From: Chiloscyllium plagiosum
Lineage: Eukaryota
Length of the DNA stretch: 64,000 bases
NCBI RefSeq assembly: GCF_004010195.1
Contig: NC_057719.1
Coordinates: forward strand, 1,438,787 to 1,502,786
Direction: 5' to 3'
Shown here: one piece after another, positions 37,507 to 51,200 of the stretch
Position numbering within the stretch: position 1 is the first letter of the stretch
Layout: each line of letters opens with the position of its first letter
Program-made: the position numbers and the translations under genes
The notes under the pieces: model-generated
Told to the model about the DNA's origin: nothing
Database searches by the model: none
The model's input: the letters and a program-made list of their open reading frames with translations, nothing else

Positions 37507-37841
37507 AGTTAAAAATCACACAACACCAGGTTATAGTCCAACAGGTTTATTTGGAAGCACACTAGCTTTCGGAGCGATGCTCCTTCATCAGGTGATAGTG
37601 GAGGGCTCAATCCTAACAGAATTTATAGCAAAGATTTACAGTGTGATGTAACTGAAATTATACATCACACTGTAAATTTTTGCTATAAACTCTGTTAGGA
37701 TTGAGCCCTCCACTATCACCTGATGAAGGAGTGGTGCTCCGAAAGCTAGTGTGCTTCCAATTAAACCTGTTGGACTATAACCTGGTGTTGTGTGATTTTT
37801 AACTTTGTACACCCCAGTCCAACACCGGCATCTCCAAATCA
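37507..37841. mobile_element. Foldback PLE terminal-repeat element (family D); arms about 144 bp (37507-37650 and 37661-37804), each with a hammerhead motif
   Basis: The arms are reverse complements by direct reading; probable TSD ttt(a/g)tattcc at 37496-37505 and 37842-37851. Confidence 0.85.
37717..37751 (+). ncRNA. Minimal hammerhead motif (family D); reverse-strand twin at 37560-37594
   Basis: CAC-CTGATGA-A-GGAG-tggtg-CTCC-GAAA-GC-TA-GTG with palindromic AGCT; the twin has stem II GGAGC-atc-GCTCC. Confidence 0.72.
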
Positions 37842-38899
37842 TTTGTATTCCCATGCACCTACGTTGCTTTTGTAGTGAATTCACTGATGCAGGTCACCAC
37901 TCTACAAGTCTTACTAGTCACTGCTTAGTTCCCTTAGTGCAGATACCAACATGATGTGATCATGATGTATTGCATTGATTTATGAAGCTGTTAAACAACT
38001 GAAGAATCATTGCTGCTATTCTGGTAGGCAGCAACTGGAACAACAAAATGTCATTCTATGTAAATATACCGCATGTACAACAGAAGTTGTGTTTAGTTTA
38101 CCACTTCTGAGGATTTAGCCAGAGTAAACTAGAAGCAAATAATCACAGTGCTTACTAACTGAATTAGAATGTAATTAATTATGTCACTCATGCAACATTT
38201 TGCTGTTGTTTGATAGTGGGACTAACTGAATTAATGTTTAGGGCCTACCCTCCATAACTAGTGTTTATCATATCTGCTGCCATAGTTGATGTGGAGTGAA
38301 CTTTTCCACCCCTTGAAATCCCTGACTCCTTAGATATGAGGTTTCAAGTGACTAAATATTGCCACCAGTAGCATCGACTGCTAAAGTGTCTTAATCACTC
38401 GTGGCTGTACTGGTGACTGCTTGAAAAGGTTTGTCATTTTGTTCTGTCTGGTTTGTTTAAAGGTGTCTGTAAGGAAGAAATAGTTTTAATTGTTATTCAA
38501 CTGCAGCTCATCATGTATGTTATGGTTTAAGCTATTGACAAGATCCAGTCCAAATACAAGCCTTTTTGATTTACTTGTCATGGTTAAAAATTTTGGATGT
38601 AGATCCTGTTGGGGTTGCAGGCAGAAATTTGCAAGTTCAGTCAGTAGTCATCCTATTGCTAATGCCCTCGGCACAAGGGGTCAAATCCCATATTGACAGA
38701 TGGTGACATTTGAGTTCAATAAATTCTGGAACTTAATAAAGCTAGTCTAATGCATTAATTTAACCATCTGGTTCACTCAGGATTTGCTTAGGGAAGGAAA
38801 TCTTCTGTCCTTACCTGATCTGGCCTACACGAGACTCCAGATCCACAGCAGTGTGTTTGACTTGAAACTGCCCTTAGACTTGGCACTCAATTCCTGTGA

Positions 38900-41440
38900 A
38901 ACAATACCATATAGTACAGATGAGACACTTTGGTCCATCAAGACTGTACTGCCTAAAGTATGCAACAATCTACATTAGTCCCAGTTTCCCGCACAAGTCT
39001 CGAAACTTGAATGTTGTGACACTTCAAGTTCTCATTCAAATACTTTTTCAACGTTGTGAGGTTTCCTGCCTAAAGTTACCTCCCAGACAGTGCATTCCAG
39101 ACCCTCACATCCTCTGGATGAAAAAGATTTTACTGAAATCCCCTCTAAATCTCCTGTCTTTCACTTGAAAATCATTGACCCTTCAACTAAGAGGAACAGC
39201 TGCTTTCTATCACCCTGTCCATGTCCTTCATAATTTTGTACCCCTTTTATCAGGTGTCCCTTCAGCCTTCTTTGCTCCAAAGAAAACAACCTGAGCTTAT
39301 CCTGCTTTTTGTTTTCAACATCCTAGTGAATCTCCTCTGCACCTCCTCCAGTGCATTGCATCCTTCCTCTTGTGGGGTGACCAGAACTGTTGTAGCCAAC
39401 CAAAGACTTGTACAGCTCCAACATAATCTCTGTGCCCATATGATCTCTGCCTCGACTGATATAGGGAGTGTCCCGTATAGTTTCATTACTACCCTAGTAA
39501 TTTGTCTTGCCATCTTTCGGGATCTGTGGACAAGAACCCCAGATCCCTCTGTTAATGAACTTCTTATCGTTCTGTAATTCATTGAATTCTCCCTTGTTTT
39601 TTTCCCTTATTGAATGGCAGAGCAGGCTTGAAGGGCCAGATTGCCTACTCCTGCTCCTAGTTCGAATGTTCTTCTTCCAAAGTGCATTACCTCATACTTG
39701 CCAGGATCAAACTCCATATACCACTGATCTTGCCCATCTGACCAATTCATTTATATCTTCCTGTAATCTAACACCTTTCTACTCAGTATCAACCAGCCGG
39801 CCAATCTTTGTGTCATCCACAAACTTAGTTAACACCCCCCATCATTTATGGATATCACAAGCGATAAGGGACCCAGCGCTGGTAGTTCTGGTATGCCACT
39901 GCACACCGAACTGCAGTCACACAAACAGTCTCTATCTCCTGTCACTTAGCCAATTTTGGATCCAACTTGCCAAGTTACCCTGGATCCCATGAGCTTTTAC
40001 CTTCTTTATTGCTTTCCCATGTGGGTCCTTATCAAAGGCCTTGCTGAAATCTATAAACTTCATTAACTGCCCTACCCTCATCTAAATGTTTAGGCAGAGC
40101 CTCAAAAACTTCCATTAGATTTGTGAGGCATGACCTTCCTCTGACAAAGCGGACTATCCCTGATCAAACCTATCTAAATGGAGGTTAATTTTCTCCTGCA
40201 CTACTTCCCAACCACTGATCTTAGATTCACAGGTCTATAGTTCCCTGGTCTATGTGTGCCATCCTTCTTGTAAAGTGGAAGTGTACTAACTACCCTGCAG
40301 TCCTCTGACACCTTCCCTGTGTCTGGAAAGAATTTGAAAATTTAGCCAGGACCTCGTCTCATATGCAGCCGGAGATGTGATTCATCTGGACCTGTTTACA
40401 TCTGCCAAAACCTTCAATACATCCTCGTTTTTTGTATCAGACTGCTTCAGATCTTCACTGTCCATCTTGTGGAATTCCTTACTTGATCCTCCTCTTGAGT
40501 GAAGACAGATGTGAAGTGCTCATTTAACACTCTACTAATGTCCTCTGGTTTCTCTCACACGTTGCTTCTTGGTTCTAAATGGTCTCTACTCCTTTTCCTT
40601 GGTTATTTTCTTTCCCTTAATATTATTCTAGAATATTCTGGGATTCTCCCTAACCTTGTCTACCAGTGTTTTGTCATGCACCATCTTTAGTCAGCTAATT
40701 GCTTTTTTGAATTCACACCCCTTGCACTTCCTGTGGTCTCTGGGATCTCTGTTGTTTTGCTCCCTGTGTACCTGTTGGATGTCTCGATTTTTCTTTTTAT
40801 CCAGTCCAGAGTATTCTTGACCATCCAGAATTCTCTGCTTGTTGCTCCTCCATTTCACCCTAAAGGCGGGCATGTTTTGCCTGTAATCTCCCGAGTGCCT
40901 TTTTGAATGTCTGCCATTGTTTTGCTGCACTTAACCTTAAGTAGCTGTTCCCATTCTATTATGGCCAAATTCTGCCTTATTTTACTAAAATCTGCCTTCC
41001 TACAATCCAAAAACCCTTTTTGTGGACCATCGTTTTCCTTTTCCCTCACAAACTTGAAACTATGGTGTCGGAGTTGTTACCACGAAAATACTCTCCTGCT
41101 CTCGCCTCAATACCTGTCCGGCTTCATTCCCCAAAATTAGGTACAGTACTGCACTGTCCCTGTTGGGCCATCAGCATGTTGACATAAAAAGCTCTCCTAT
41201 ATACATTTCAAGACATGTACCTGTCTAAAGCCTTTATATGTCTTATCCTAATTAATATTGAGGTCATTGAAATCCTCTAATATAATGACCATATTATTAT
41301 GTTTACACACCTCCGTTAATCTTCTACACATCTACTCCTTGATTTGCCTGCTGCCTGTTTGCGGCCCCAATAATACTCCTAACAGTGTGACTGCCCCTTC
41401 TTTATTCCTAAATTCTACCCTTTTGATGATCATTCCAAGA
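38900..41440 (-). mobile_element. Decayed CR1 ORF2 (endonuclease to 3' end)
   Basis: NALEEVQRRFTRML, LDCRKADFSKIRQNLAIIEWEQLL and antisense NYRPVNL / KAFDK motifs. Confidence 0.75.
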
Positions 41441-44400
41441 TATTATCCCTCGATTTGGGATGAGAAGCAAATCTTGCCAGCATCATGTCCCATGGAAGAT
41501 TAGCGATGGTAGTGTTGAGAAGGACATGCAAAGCATTAGTAATGAAAAGTGGGGTCATAAAATGCCTTCATTCAACAACCCACTCCAGTTTTATTAAATA
41601 TAAATCTCTCAGCCGGAGGGATTTGAGCCCCTCTGGTCAGCATTTCTTGTGTCAACTTGAACCCATCCGCACCTGATTCAGTGTGATGATAACTGAGCTA
41701 AGCTGGCACATGCATCCTCTTGGGTGAGTTTCAATCAAACCTATACCAGAGGGATGAACAAAATTATTAAATCTCAAGTTATTATTAACACATTTATACC
41801 TAGTAATCTCAGTTAAACTTTACAGAATACTGGAGCATCTTGGTCAGTTAATGACGTAGCATGCAAAATCTTTTACATCTTTCCTGCCAATGATTTTTAG
41901 AATGTTTACAGATTTAATACGTTCCTTTTAGGAGAACTGATGTACTGCCAAAGTACTCGGAACCATCGATAATAGATGATCACAGAGACTACCTCATTCA
42001 CCTTGTCTTGCTTTGTTTTTCTTGGAAATTGATGTGGACATCTTGTTTCAGGTTAGCCATGTGTGTTTGGCAGGAACAATACCCACGTTTACTGAAATTG
42101 TTTTACACAAACTACTGCAGTTCATACTTGCCCTGTCATAATTCCAAATCGAACGATTGACAAGTGTAATGGATTCTGCACCATGGCTCATCTCTATCAT
42201 TCACCAATTTTTCTGCTCTCTGGTATCCTTGGACAATGCTTTTAACTTTAAAGTCAGGTAATTGAAGCCCCCATTGTCTTTGAGCAGTATTTGAATCAAG
42301 CATTTTCCAAGTATCTTGCAAACTGTTGACATTGTGAAGTTCAGAAGTGAAAGAACACAAGATAAACTGGTGCCATTACTTCTAATGAAAGAGCAAACAT
42401 ACTGTGGACTGACTTGGAGGCAATTGGAAAAACCTATGGGATGGAAACTCTGTGAATTTTGACATAATTGAGAACAGTAGTCCGATAGAAGCTGCTAAAG
42501 TTGTTCATATTCATCATAACTTGCCCACACCATATGTCCAATGACACAATTCGTGTGAAGTGCAGGGGAGTTCTCTCTAGTGTCCAGGATAATATTTATT
42601 TTGCAGTAAGCGTCACTGATAAAACTACACAAGACACTTGTCAGACCACAGCTGGAATACTGTGAACAGTTTTGGGTCCTAATCTAAGGAAAAATATTCT
42701 GGCACCGGAGACAGAGAAGGTTCACATGGCTGATCCCGGGTATGGAGGGACCGTCTTATGAAAAGAGGTTGAGTAGATTGGGCTTGTACTTGTTGGAGTT
42801 TAGCAGAATGAGAGGTGATCTTATTGAAACATACACGATTATTAGGGAGCGTGACAGGGAATTGTACATTGCAGAAGAGGCCCTTCAGCCCATCGGGTCT
42901 ATACTGACAAAAATATACTAATGTCTTCATTAATCCCACTGTTCCGCAGTAGCCCATAGCCTTGAATGTTATGATATTTTCAGTGTTCAACCATGTACTT
43001 TTTAAAGATTGTGAGATTTCTCACATCAACTACCCTCCAAGGCAGAACATTCCTGACCCATCCACCAACCTCACCATGAAAAAGCTTTACTACAAATCCT
43101 CTCTAAACCTCCTACCTTTCACTTTAAAATTATGTCCCCTTGTTACTGACCCTTAAAATAAGGAGAACAACTGCTTTCTATTCTGTGCCTCTTTCAATCT
43201 CGAAGGTTCTTTCTTCTTGTGGGAGTCAGAGATGAGGAGGAATTTCTTCTGAGGATAGTGATTCTGTGGAGCTCTTTATCACAGAGGGCTGTTGAGGCTG
43301 GGTCATTACAATATTCAAGGCTGAGGTAGATATTTTAATAAGTAAGCGAATTGAGGGTTAATTGTAAAAGGCAAGAAAGTGGAGTTGAGGGTTATCAGAT
43401 CAGCCATAACCTCAGTAAGTAGGTAGAGCAGACTCAGGCTGAAAGACCGCCTTTTGCTCCTACATTTTAGATCTTGTGCATCTTTTCAGTTGTTATTTCA
43501 TTGACAGATTTGCTGTGTCCAAATTTCTTGACCATGTTTTCCTGCATTGCAATATTGACTGTAATCATGAACGTTGATATGTAAATGCAATTTTTCTCTT
43601 TATAAAATAGAAACACAAGCTATAAAACCCAAAACTGTCAGTTGATTTTTGTCTGTTTGTCTGGTTCCAGAGCTGAGAAAGTTCCATTAGATAGATTGAA
43701 GACAAAAGACAGCTTGGAGAAGTTGAGTTTGTTTTCCTTGGAGGGAAGTCCAAGAGGATATTAATAGAGAGGGAGATACTATTCTTTCTCACCAAAGGAT
43801 GGAGAATGTGAAGGCAGATTATAAAATAATTTGCAAACTACTCCAATCTGATGTAGGATAAAAAAAATTGTTGACATGGCGTATAGCCTGGAATGCAGTG
43901 CTTGGAAATATGGTGGAGGCAATTTCAGTCAGAGGAGGTAAGTAGGCCATTTGACCCATTGATTCAATTCTGCCTCTCAAAGGGATCGTGACCGATGTGA
44001 TAATCCTCAATTCCACTTTCCTGCCTTTTATCAACTATCTTTAGTGTGCTCACTGATTTAAAATATCAGCCTTGAACATAATTGATGATCCAGCCTCAGC
44101 ATCCTTCTGCAGTAACAAAATATTCAACTGATTCACTACCCTCAGGAAAAAAATAGACCACCTCCTCCCTTTGTCTCATATAGACACCCCTTGCTCTGAG
44201 GTGATGCCATATGATTCATTATTCCCTGTACAGGTATTTTTGTTTCTGCTCTGCAGACCTCTAAGGTACATGCGTCCGGCAGTGGAAGCTGCTGTGTTGG
44301 CACGTGCACAGAACCTCCCAGCTTAGTAGAAATGTTGCTTTGGTCTTAGGCTGTCCCATGAAGTAAGCCTTCTACCCTGTCAAGGCTCCTTAGAATCTTG

Positions 44401-46964
44401 TATGTTTCAATAATGTCATTTCTCGTACTTGTAAACTCCAATGACAACAGGCTCAGCTTCTCCTTATAAGGCGGTCCATTTATACCCAATGTCGACCCAG
44501 TGAACCTTCTTTCTCCTGCCTCCACTGTCAGTATATCTTTCCTTGGATGAGGGGACCAAAACTATCCACAGTATTCTAGCTGTGGTCTGACTAGTGCTTG
44601 CTACAGTATTTTTATACCTCACTTCCTTCGAAATTCCATTTACCTTTCCTATTTGCTGCTGAACCTGGGTGCTAGACTTTTGTGATTCTTGCATGCCTTA
44701 TGACCCCAACACCATTGGTTCTTATCTTAATAAGTAGTCGAGAGTGTGGGTCTTATGAAAAATCCACTGTATTACATCCAATCTTTCCCCCTTACCCTAC
44801 TTATTACCTCCTTAAGGAATTCTAATAAATTTGTCAGGCAACATTTTTCCCTTAATGAAGCTATGTTGAAACATTCAAGAAGGCATTAGAAGATTATTTG
44901 AATAGAAGCAACATTCATCCCTATATAGGCAAAAGCAGGAGAATAATTGATTGATTTTATTACTATTTTAAAGAACTGATCTAGACACAATGGGCTGAAT
45001 GGTGACCTTCTGTACCATAACGATTCTCTGATAATTAAATAAACAGTGAAGTATGCTCTACACCTGAAATTCAGCCTACCATTTGTCTGCCTTTTCCACT
45101 GACTTATGTTCTGCTGAAGCCTCTTACAGTATCCAGTGTTTGCCAAATAGACAATTATGTTGCAGCAATCATTTTAAGATTGTGTCTGAGTCCAAAAAAT
45201 CTATAGGTTTTTGCCCACACATCTCTCATTTTGAGTGACTGAGGCCAGTTGCAGCAGTTCTCCATTTGCCGAGATTAGCTAGCTAAAGTGCAGAATGGGG
45301 ATTAAACAAGGGTCCTTGGTGGACTGTGTGGTTCTGCATTCCACTAATTGGCCACTTAAACGATTGGCGAGCTCTTTTGTTGTTGCTTTCACCGTTTCTC
45401 TTTCAATGCTGAGTTTTAAGCAAAACAAAAGGTCTATTTTCATGTAAGTCTGTGATTTAAATCTGTCTTCCCAGTTGAACATGTTATGTAATGCTGAAGT
45501 GATGGTGGCGGAGGGTGACTTCATAGCTGTTTTGTGTGGTACCACACTGTGCATTGAGCTGTCCATATTGGTCATTCTTTCAGTGATGCTTCTGACAAAG
45601 GAACTTTTTTTGGGTTACAGTGGGATGATGTCACTATGTCACGGTGACTAAACTGATTAAGTGATTTATCAGCTCAGTAGTTGTGGGAACTACATAATTT
45701 GGTTGAGGGAGGGAGGGAAGCCAGGAGCAGGGTGTTGCTGTATAATGTAGTGAGCAGCTTGCACATATTTAATGACAGTGAAATCCTAACAACTGCAGAA
45801 CAAATTTTATCATGGGATTGGGGGTGGGGTGGGGAATATTCTGCAACATCTGCAGACATTGTAAATGTTTTCATGTCCACTTTATCAATGTTTCACAGCT
45901 CTGATTGTTTAGTTGGATGTGGGTGGGGGAGGTGGGGAATGGATGATTGGCCACACAGTAGGGAAGACAGATTCTGATCTTGCAGGACCAGGAATAACAC
46001 CAGCAGACTTGCCAGGAACACTGTGTACAATAGTCCTTTATTTAGACCTCTTATTAAACTTTCACAGAACTAAACAGAAGCAGGAATCACAATGCCCTGT
46101 ATGGGTCCATCTGCAGCATGTCAGATTCAGTCAATAAAAGATTTATATCTGGCAGAGCCCATTTGTGCTTCTGACAGAAGGCTGAAGGGGAAGGATGTAC
46201 AAGAGTTTCTGTGCAGTTTGAGAGGAAAAGGGCAGGCTACGAAGATGTTGAACCACTGTGAACATCAAACTTCCTCAGCCCTGGAGCAACAATGATGTTG
46301 ATTAGAAATTGTTTATATTCTGCTTTCAGGGAAGGTGCTTGGGGGTAGGAAAGGAGGAGGCAGAAAGAAGATTGAATATATATGAGTTACCGATTGCTGT
46401 AAAAACCCATTTGAACACGTACCCTTAACACCCAGATTTGCTATACCCCTTAGCCTGAGGGACCTTCTGTACTGAGTAATTGATACCAATTTTCACAGAT
46501 CTGTTCCTGTTTTTCAGTGAATGTGTGGGACTGCAGATTATCTTAGGGGGAATCGTTGTTCCGAGAGTTTGTGCAGAGGTGTAATCTACATTTGGATGCT
46601 TAACAATTTTCTTTGTTCTCCTTCCTCCATGATTCGCCTGCCCCTCCCTTGAACAAAATGGTACTTTTTTTTGTGTAACGTGATGAATGCAAAAATGATG
46701 AATGCTGGAAACCCAAACGGGAAATGCTGGAAATACACAGGTCATTACTGAGACCAAAGGAGGAAATGAGCTGGCATGCTTCCAGTTCTGACCCAGTTGT
46801 TGTCTTCCACTTATGTTACCAAATGCAGAACTGAAATGAATTCAGGAGTTACTTGCTGAACTGCCAATATTGTACCAAATACAAATTTTATTCAGTGTCC
46901 ATCAATTTGGTTCAACTGATCAGGTAAAGAGCCCAGCTTTAGTCCTTAGTCTGTACTAAGTTAT

Positions 46965-48290
46965 TTGCAAGGTTTGTGAAGGTTTGTAGCTCAGGTTGAG
47001 GTTTAGGGTGTAGGTTTGCTCGCTGAGCTGTAGGTTTGATATCCAGACGTTTCATTACCTGGCTAGGTAACATCATCAGTGGCAACCTCCAAGTGAAGCG
47101 AAGCTGTTGTCTCCTGTTTTCTATTTATATCGTTCTCCTGGATGGGATTCCTGGGGTTTGTGGTGATGTCATTTCCTGTTCGTTTTCTGAGGGGTTGATA
47201 GATGGTATCTAGATCTATGTGTTTGTTTATGGCGTTGTGGTTGGAGTGCCAGGCCTCTAGGAATTCTTTGGCATGTCTTTGCTTAGCCTGTCCCAGGATA
47301 GATGTGTTGTCCCAGTCGAAATGGTGGTTTTTTTCATCCATGTGTAGGGCTACGACGGAGAGAGCGTCGTGTCTTTTTGTGGCTAGCTGGTGTTCGTGTA
47401 GCCTGGTGGCTAACTTTCTTCCTGTTTGTCCTGCATAGTGTTTGTGGCAGTCCTTGCATAGAATTTTGTAGACGACGTTGGTTTTGTCCATGGGTTGTAC
47501 TGGGTCTTTTAAGTTTGTTAGTTTTTGTTTGAGTGTGTTGGTGGGTTTGTGTGCTACTAGGATTCCGAGGGGTCTTAGTAGTCTGGCTGTCATTTCTGAA
47601 ACTTCTTTGATGTATGGTAAGGTGGTTAGGGATTCTGGCTGTGTTTGGTCTGCTTGTCATGGTTTGTTCTTGAGGAATCTGCGTACTGTATTTTTTTGAG
47701 TATCCGTTCTTCTTGAATACGTTGTATAGGTGGTTCTCCTCTGTTTTCCGAAGTTTGTCTGTGCTGCAGTGTGTAGTGGCTCGTTGGAATAGTGTTCTGA
47801 TACAGCTTTGTTTGTGTGTATTGGGATGGTTGCTGGTGTAGTTAAGTATTTGGTCAGCGTTTGTCGGTTTTCTGTATACGCAGGTTTGTAGCTCTCCGTT
47901 GTCCTTTTTTTCGACTGTGACGTCCAGGAATGCGAGTTTGTTGTCGGTTTCTTCCTCCTTGGTGAACTTTATGCCTGTGAGGGTGTTGTTGATGATGTTA
48001 AATGTCTCTTCTATCTTGTTTGGTTGTGTGATGGCAAAAGTGTCATCTATGTAGCGGACCCAGATTTTTGGTTTGGCACTCCAACCACGACGCCATAAAC
48101 AAAACACATAGATCTAGATGCCATCTATCAACCCCTCAGAAAACAAACAGGAAATGACATCACCACAAACCCCAGGAACCCCATCCAGGAGAAAGATATA
48201 AATAGAAAGCAGGAGACAACAGCTTCGCTTCACTTGGATGTCACCACTGATGATGTTACCTAACCAGGTAATGAAACGTCTGGATATCAA
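46965..48290 (-). mobile_element. 5'-truncated PLE (family C, Poseidon-like RT and GIY-YIG) with an inverted terminal-repeat copy at about 48075-48290
   Basis: KIWVRYIDDTF...IKFTKEEE...LAFLDV...VYRKPT and NVVYKILCKDCHKHYAGQTGRKL..RLHEH; TSD actaagttat at 46955-46964 and 48291-48300. Confidence 0.92.
48244..48283 (+). ncRNA. Minimal type I hammerhead ribozyme motif (PLE family C); reverse-strand twin at 47043-47082
   Basis: CCA-CTGATGA-T-GTTACCT-aacc-AGGTAAT-GAAA-CG-TC-TGG: stem I CCA/TGG, stem II, GAAA box and palindromic ACGT; predicted cleavage after C48280. Confidence 0.8.
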
Positions 48291-51200
48291 ACTAAGTTAT
48301 CTTGGTTGGGGCATGACGTGGGATAGAACGAGGGGTTGGTTGTGGGCATATAGAATATGTGGGTGTCTTATAATGATTGAAGGACTTCTCACTGGAAATG
48401 TATATTGGCTATAGTTTCTGATGTATATGCTTCCTGTTGTTCAATAAGCATGTCAACAGCTTGTAAACTGTCATCCTATACTACTAAATTTTAGATTTAG
48501 GTTTCATTGTCATGTGTACTCAGGTATGGGGTACAAGAGTACAGTGAAAAGTGTACAATCTTGCCACACACGGTGCCATCTTAGGTACAAAGTCTTAGTT
48601 ACAGAAATAGAAAAATAAAGAAATGAGTTAGAAAGTTCACCACTTCAGTTTTCTTACTATAAAAGTAGGAAAATAAAGAGATAAAGTTTAAAAAGGCAAA
48701 CGTTTCAGTCCTTTTTTAAGCAGATGCCCCAAGCTGGGCTTTCCCCAAGTGGGCTCACACTCCCCTGCATTGGGCACACTTTCACCCACACTGGCCCAAG
48801 TTCTGCCAGTGCTCACCAGCTGCCTGTGCTGCTGCTGATCTCCAGGCTTTGCTCCTGATTGCAAGGCTTCGGCCCCGACTGCAGCTGCCTTCGCCATCGC
48901 CGCTTCATTGCTGACTACTGTTATCCGGGCTCACACTGGGCCCCAGCTGCTGCCACACCCCATTGCCATGTTAGCCCCCTTGCTGCAGAGTTCCACTTTG
49001 GTACCATTCCGGATATTAATGAAGCCGTGATGCTGCTGACTGCAACCAGCTGCCTCATGGCCAACGTCAAAGACCCCAGCCACTGCCATCATCACCATTG
49101 CTTCATAACCTAGCTCGAAAGACTAAAGAACTAAAAGGAAGAAAGGAGAAAAAGCGAGGAATAAAGAAGAAAAAAGCTGTCAGAGTGAATTTGTGACTCT
49201 TACTAAAGTCACCTATTTTCACCTTCAACATTGCCAAAACCCTCGTCCATGCTTTTGCCAGCTCCAGATGTGAGTTTTTCTAGTAGGAACTTGTTCAGGC
49301 TCATCCTCCACACTGTAAGCTTCAGCTGATTTGAGCTGTATTAGTACCAACCCTGTCTTTTCTAAATAATATTCTCTTTGTTCTCCGATTCTTCCTATTT
49401 ATAATTCAGAGCTTCCTGTTTAATTCCTTTGACCACCAAGGTTTTTCTGGGAGAGGGGAGAAAGAGGGGCACAGAGAGAGATTGGAAGCAGTGAATGATG
49501 GGTAACATATTTTTGGACACTCATGAAATCAATGGAATAAGGCAGGAGTATTGAGTTGAGATAGCTGATAGCTATGTTGTTATTGAGTCACTTCACAAGC
49601 TAGAAAGTCCAAATTGCTGATCCTGTTTATGGACCTGTACAGTCTGATTCAATCTTACTGACCGATGGAAGTTGGCAGCACTAAGATCTTCATTTGACAG
49701 TCAAGGTTTGAAAGCAGTAATTGCTGAACGGAATCAGCATCCTTCCAATTCTGTGGTATGGATGGATTATTACACACTGTGATTAGAGATTCACTTTATA
49801 CCAAACTTAAGTGATTCAAAGCTGGCTTTGGCATATGTTTCACAGGGTACTGGTTGTACACATGACCTTCCGTATAAAACAAATTAGCCTGTGAAAAAAT
49901 GAGAGATCATTTTCTTCTCTCGTATGTTTTCTTCTTCCCACCCCTCCCCCAAAACCCACCAAAGGTACTTGCTGCCTTATTTGGGTGCAGTCTCACAGTT
50001 GGGTGGTTCTGGGGTTTGATTGGTCTGCTGATGAACTTGGTTAAGGAGTATTGAAGAAAAATAGCTCCAAGAGCTGCCAGAGCTGGCTTCTGTGTCTAGC
50101 AAATAATGGATGGTCACTATCTTCCTCAAATCTTTTACATAAAACTGTGTTATAGCCAAACCGGGTTGGCTTTCTGTGTGGCTAGTCTTGTCTGCTTTCT
50201 TTCCCCCAAGGATTATAAGACCATATGAAATAGGAAGAAAAGTAGGTTGTTTGGCCCCTTGAGCCTGCACTGCTATTCAGTAGGATCATGGCTACTCTAA
50301 GACCACCACCACCACCACCACCACCAACTCAAGGGCAGCTAGGGAATGGCTATAAATGGTCAGTAGTGCCCATGTGCCACAAAGTGAATGAAAAACAGAT
50401 GGTGATTACCTGGTATTCCTAAGGTATGAATGTTAGTTGCCACTTGGTAGTGGAGTGGTGATCCAAAACCGAGGCCAGTGGGTTGGTGACATGATTCAAT
50501 ACTGTCATGGCATATGGTGAAATTTGAATTTGATTGAAAAAGAACCTTGGAAGCATTTCATTGTTGTAAAACCCATTTACAAACTGGTTTACTAAGGCCT
50601 CTCTATCCCTCATTGCTAATTCCCCTGACTCATTTTCTGTTGAACCTATGCTTTCTTTGTTAACTTTTTTTTAAATAGCTGAAGAAACATCTATCTGATT
50701 TTATATTTTTGGCGAGCTTTGTCTCATATTCTAATTTTTCCCTGTACTCTTTTTGGAGCTCTTTGCTGTTATTTATGTTCTGTCTGCTCTTCTGACCTGC
50801 CACTTATCTTTGCAAAATTACATCTTTGAGTTTGATAATATTTTTGACATTTTTACTTAACCGTGGATGGTGGGTCTGTCCCTTAGTTTCTTTTTATTTG
50901 TTGGAATGTATCTACTCTGTTTATTTTGGAATATCCCCTTAAATAATATTACAATTCAGTTGACCTAGCCCTTAACCTAAATTGCCAGTTTGCTTGCACT
51001 AGCCCTGCTTTCGTACCCTCATAATTTCCCTAGTTTAAATTCAAAATATTTGTCTTTGACTCAAACTTCTCTCTCATAAACTCTACCTAAAGTTTAATCA
51101 TGTTATGCTCACTGCTACCCACTACAGTATTACTGACTGATATAAGATCAATAATTAATCCTATCTTATTGGTCAAATCCAGCCTGCTCGCTGGTGCCAT

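Noticed and set aside
46421..46435. CCCTTAAC...CAG, a U12 branch-point-like motif
   Set aside because: The AG is too close to the branch and the following sequence does not encode BRF1.
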